Source of the DNA: Octopus vulgaris
Taxonomy: Eukaryota
Direction: 5' to 3'
NCBI GenBank assembly: GCA_951406725.2
Contig: OX597839.1
Span: forward strand, 38,564,001 to 38,628,000
DNA length: 64,000 nucleotides
Shown: positions 1 to 64,000 of the stretch, piece by piece
How the letters are laid out: each line of letters starts with the position of its first letter
Numbering within the stretch: position 1 is the first letter of the stretch
Translations under genes and position numbers: made by a program
Notes under the pieces: model-generated
Seen by the model: the letters and a program-made list of their open reading frames with translations, nothing else
Told to the model about the DNA's origin: nothing
Database searches by the model: none

Positions 1-857
1 GAACAAACTTTGCTGCAGTAAATACCTATTTCTTTACTACCCATAAGGGGCTAAACACAGAGAGGATAAACAAGGACAGACAAACGGATTAAGTCAATTA
101 TATCGACTCCAGTGCGTAACTGGTACTTATTTAATCGACCCCGAAAGGATGAAAGGCAAAGTCGACCTCGGCGGAATTTGAACCCAGAACGTAACGGCAG
201 ACGAAATACCACTAAGCATTTCGCCCGGCGTGCTAACGATTCTGCCAGCTCACTGCCTTAAATACCATGTTGCTGTAAATACCATGAGAGAAACTGCCAT
301 ATTGGCTTTCAGGGCAAAATGCACTGTTGTTTAAATTGCTAGCAGAGAGATAAATTCCCACCAACCTCAGCACAGAGGCCATCAGATCAGATCATGTGAT
401 TCTGACCTTCCTATATATACATATATATATATATATACACACACTCACACAAAGAGGAAAAAGTTTAAAATATCCACACAAATCTCATGTCATATCATGA
501 GATGAACTAACAAACCTTCTTTTTGCACCCAGTTTTAGAAATGCAATAAGCATCCTAAACTATTTCTGTATAACTTCAAAATAATCACAGACCTTTCCCA
601 AATAATTAGCGACATTGTCAACAAGAAAAAGGAGTGTCGTTAATTACAAAGCCATGTCAATCAAAACTCAATATTTTAATTTCATTTGGTATTTGTTTTT
701 TGGTCTTGTGACGAAGAAAGCGGGCCTGAAGAATTTAGCGACAACTGGAAATATTGGAGGGAAAAGAAGTAGGAGAAAAAGGATGATGTGGGTGCCAAGC
801 ATGATGAAAGAGGCAGTAAATATCAGGACGTGGAACTATTGCAGAAAACAGAGAACA

Positions 858-1026
858 GAGGCATAGGAGTGGCTGTGCGGTAAGTAGCTTGCTTACCAAC
901 CACATGGTTCCGGGTTCAGTCCCACTGCATGCCATCTCAGGCAAGTGTCTTCTACTATAGCCTCAGGCCGACCAAAGCTTTGTGAGTGGATTTGATAGAC
1001 AGAAACTGAAAGAAGCCCGTCGTATA

Positions 1027-1069
<43 letters not shown>

Positions 1070-1255
1070 ATATGCTTGTGTGTCTGTGTTTGTCCCCCCA
1101 AGATCGCTTGACAACAGATGGTTTGGTAAAAGAGACCGATAGAATAAGTACTGGGCTTCCAAAGAATAAGTCCTGGGGTCGATTTGCTCGACTAAAGGAG
1201 GTGCTTCAGCACGGTCATAGTCAAATGACTGAAACAAGTAAAAGAGTAAAGAGTA
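858..1255 (+). mobile_element. tRNA-derived SINE family A. Other copies near 5640-6045+, 6418-6866-, 27310-27490-, 32588-32960, 34968-35365-, 36945-37410-, 41295-41940, 47128-47535+, 59946-60345+
   Basis: Head with A-box-like TGGCTGTGTGG and B-box-like GGTTCAGTCCC, internal (TA)/(TG) tract, conserved 3' body, more than 10 dispersed copies. Confidence 0.9.
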
Positions 1256-1610
1256 ACAGAGTAACATCATCACCATCATCATCATCACCACCACCACCAC
1301 CACCACCACCACCACTACCATCACCATCATCATTTCAATGTCCAGTTTTCTTATGCCCCACACAGGTCATAGAGAAACAAGTAAAAGATATACAATAATA
1401 ATAATAATAAAAAAGACATTGTTATATTTTGGAATGGTCATTTTGCCAGTTTAGCCAATAAAAACACACGCACTATATATTTGGTGTTACTTTGCTTCAG
1501 TGTTATCTATTTTTTACATTAATCTTAATCTTATTTCGGCCAGAGTTCTTTGGAAAAAATGGCTGACGGTTAGTAAGGAGAGACACACAAATAAGAAAGA
1601 GGAAAACAAA

Positions 1611-1655
1611 GGACCACTGATGCGGTCACAGGAGTGTGACGAAAGAACTCTGGCC
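1611..1655 (+). ncRNA. Hammerhead-like variant; sister copy near 26899-26943 on -
   Basis: CCA-CTGATGC-G-GTCAC..GTGAC-GAAA-GAAC-TC-TGG. Confidence 0.5.
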
Positions 1656-1868
1656 GAAATAAGATTAAGATTAATGTAAAAAATAAAAAAATAAATAACA
1701 CTGAAGCAAAATAACACCAAATATATAGTGTGTGTGGTTTTATTGGCTAAACTGGCAAAATGACCATTCAGAAATACAACAATATCTGTTTCAACACACG
1801 ACTTCACATAAAAAATCTTGCACAACAAATATATAAACGTAATAAAAAAGACGTTTATAATTAATTAC

Positions 1869-61020
<59,152 letters not shown>

Positions 61021-61699
61021 CTGGAATTATAAGAAAATATTTCAATTTCATTGAAGAATTAACAATTCCCAGGTGAGGTTGTTTGTTTGTTCCTTCTCGA
61101 GCCATGCCTGGCTCATAAGGGCCGGTGTCCCGGTTTCCTTGGTGTATAGGTTCCTCACCTGGACGGGACACCGGTCCATCGCAGGTGAGCTGTGAGATGC
61201 AGGAGGAAAGAGTGAGAGAAAGTTGTGGCGAAATAATCAGCAGAAGTTCACCATTACCTTCTGCCAGAGACGCGTGGAGCTTAGGTGTTTCACTCATAAA
61301 CACACACATCGCCTGGTCTGAGATTCGAACCCGCGATCCCTCAACCACGAGTTCGCTGCTCTAACCACTAGGCCATGTGCCTCCACAGGTGAGGTGATAA
61401 GTTATTATTGTTCTTTAACCCTAGGTTAGATTTGATTGAGCAGTCCTATGATCAAAGGCACTCCAGCATGACACACACGTCTTTTATGTATATCAAGGAA
61501 ACTCCAGGTCACAGTATCTGATGTGTCCTTATCTAAAATGGTAGGGTTTGATTTGAGGAAAACTTGGCTGCTATTCCTACCAGATCAAGTAACTAGATAG
61601 AGGCTCCTTCACTAAGGATAGTTTAATGATGGAAATTGATGGGAGAGGAACTGGATGTATATTAGTGTGTCTTTCTGCCTGTGTTTGTCCCCACTACCA

Positions 61700-62670
61700 C
61701 TTGATGGATTTTCTTTCTCCATAGCATCTCTGTTTGTTGTCCATACAAAAGAATTTCTGGAATGCAATCATCTTACCTTTGAACAACATGCCCTATTCCA
61801 TTTGCACTGAATTCTCAGCAGCATACTTTAGATACAAGAGAACTTTTCTAGAACTTTCACATTTGATATATTATACTGCTATTTTAAGTTGCAGATATTG
61901 TGTAGACAGCACGTGTGAAAAGTTTCAAGTTTCTTGACATGTCAGTAGTAGGGGGTTCATGTTTCTGCCTCATACAAAAAAGTGCTCAAAATACAAGATT
62001 TGTATAGACACCATGTTCATCCCACACACAATGGGAAAGTTTTCCAAGGGCACTTTTGGTTTTAGATACTCAAACATTGCTATCCTCATGAAGAGGGGCT
62101 CTTAAAGTTAATTGTACTTCCAAGATTTTTAAAAGCCTTTTGAGTGGCTTGTTGTCTATCATCACATTTGAATCTTGAGTGTGTCCTGCCCCGGGTTTTA
62201 GTTGGAATAAAACTTCAGTCTCCTTGATGCTGATAGTCAACCTAAATGCATGAGCTGCTGTAGCAGGCCAGTCAACTATGTCCTCAATTCCCTCAAGTGT
62301 GTGATAAAATCCAAGTGCAATCATTAGCAACGAGAAAATCACACGGAATCTCTTTCTTGGTCTTTTTTTTCCTTTTGATCTATCTGAAGTTTGCTATTTT
62401 AGGTTTAGTAGACTTCCTTCTTTTTGAAACTTAAATTTTACACCATGGGAATCCCTAAAACCATGCTGGAGCATCATTGAAAAAAATATGGCAAAAAGTA
62501 CACGAGCTAAAACACAACCCTGTTTGGTTCCAGTGGCAACGGAAAATCCCTCTGTACATTGACAACTAGATATCACTGTTGCCATCATTTCTTTATGCAG
62601 GGATGCTGCTACTCTTATCGTTTTATCAAGACCATCTTTTGACAAAATTTTCCAAAGCACCTCATAATTC
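61700..62670 (-). mobile_element. RTE-clade LINE remnant (RT and downstream region)
   Basis: LWKILSK...GTKQGCVLARVLFAIFFSMML; LTISIKETEVL; SMLLRIQ..W.GHVV with frameshifts. Confidence 0.85.
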
Positions 62671-62694
62671 TCTGTATAATAATGATATAATAAT

Positions 62695-63300
62695 GAGATT
62701 ATTGTATACAGTGCTCAGGTGCACCACAACTTGTCAGAAAGTGCATATAAAGTACATGCAGTAATGTAGAAATGTCTGGAAAGCGAACAGTGTATGAGTC
62801 AGATAGATGCTTGTGTGTGTATGGAGGGGAGAAAATCAGGTGTAGTGTTGGCGAATCTCAGGAAGCATGGAAGTTTTGAAGGATGCTGTGCTCCGACAAC
62901 TAACAACCGATGCCGGCAGTTTGTTCCATGCTTCAGCAACTCTCAGCATGAAAAGATGTTTCCTGAAGTCATGGGAGCTGTGCTGTTTTCTTACTTTGTA
63001 AATATGTCCACGGGTGTTAGAAAGTGCGTATAAAGTACATGCAGTAATGTAGAAATGTCTGGAAAGCGAACAATGTATGAGTCAGATAGATGCTTCTGTG
63101 TGTATGGAGGGGAGAAAATCAGGTGTAGTGTTGGCGAATCTCAGGAAGCATACAAGTTTTGAAGGATGCAGTGCTCCAACAACTAACAAATGATGCCGGC
63201 AGTTTGTTCCATACTTCAGCGACTCTTAGCGTGAAAAAATGTTTCCTGAAGTCATGGGAGCTGTGCTGTTTTCTGACTTATATCATACATTTGGAATATT

Positions 63301-63334
<34 letters not shown>

Positions 63335-63745
63335 AATTATTGTATACAGTGCTCAGATGCACCATAACTTGTCAGAAAGTGCATATAAAGTACATGCAGT
63401 AATGTAGAAATGTCTGGAAAGCGAACAATGTATGAGTCAGATAGATGCTTCTGTGTGTATGGAGGGGAGAAAATCAGGTGTAGTGTTGGCGAATCTCAGA
63501 AAGCATGGAAGTTTTGAAGGATGCAGTGCTCCGACAACTAACAACCAATGCCGGCAGTTTGTTCCATGCTTCAGCAACTCTCAGCGTGAAAAAATGTTTC
63601 CTGAAGTCATGGGAACTGTGCTGTTTTCTTACTTTGTAAATATGTCCACGGGTGTTAGACGGGTGGAGTTTGAAGAGGCCTTGGTCAAGTTGACAAACAC
63701 CAAGTACAAGCCAGTATTTTGCTCATGTATGCTTTTTTGAGTTTC
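62695..63745 (-). mobile_element. Three tandem CR1/L2-like LINE 3' ends
   Basis: NTRGHIYKVRKQHSSHDFRKH..LRVAEAWNKLPASVV..FKTS plus 3' UTR, repeated three times. Confidence 0.82.
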
Positions 63746-64000
63746 CAATCATCATCATCATCATCATCATTTAACGTCCGCTTTCCATGCTAGCATGGGT
63801 TGGACGGTTCAACTGGGGTCTGGGGAGCCCGAAGGCTGCACCAGGCTCCAGTCTGATCTGGCAGTGTTTCTACAGCTGGATGCCCTTCCTAACGCCAATC
63901 ACTCCGAGAGTGTAGTGGGTGATTTTATGTGCCACCGACACAGGTGCCAGACAAGGCTGGCGAACGGCCACGCTCGAATGGTGTTTTTTATGTGCCACCG

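Noticed and set aside
61777-61806. Possible extra upstream exon (ANGIGHVVQR, GTAAGA donor, compatible phase)
   Set aside because: Lies within the RTE remnant and matches its W.GHVV motif; poor polypyrimidine tract.

Overview
AT-rich, microsatellite- and SINE-dense eukaryotic DNA. The repeat families and composition suggest an octopus (cephalopod) genome; this is an inference. The whole window lies inside one very large minus-strand gene. I traced by hand 24 GT-AG exons (61020 down to 1869; 10,733 coding nt, about 3,577 codons) whose intron phases join into one open frame; both ends of the gene lie outside the window. The predicted protein reads N to C: amphipathic helices; a degenerate peptidase-M23/LECT2-like domain; a Cys-rich module; a Gly-rich amphipathic beta-strand region; an RTKR furin-type site; a PAN/apple domain; about 15 FN3/Ig-like repeats ending in DxTPP; a GH16/concanavalin-like domain lacking the catalytic glutamates; and more repeats with an RKKR site. 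I hypothesise a giant secreted pattern-recognition or lipoprotein-like molecule. Introns carry tRNA-derived SINEs, mariner/maT/piggyBac-type remnants, RTE, CR1, Tx1, R4/Dong and Penelope retroelement fragments, long fold-back hairpins, two minisatellites, and at least five distinct families of minimal hammerhead-ribozyme-like motifs. All domain and family names come from motif recognition by eye, not from database searches.
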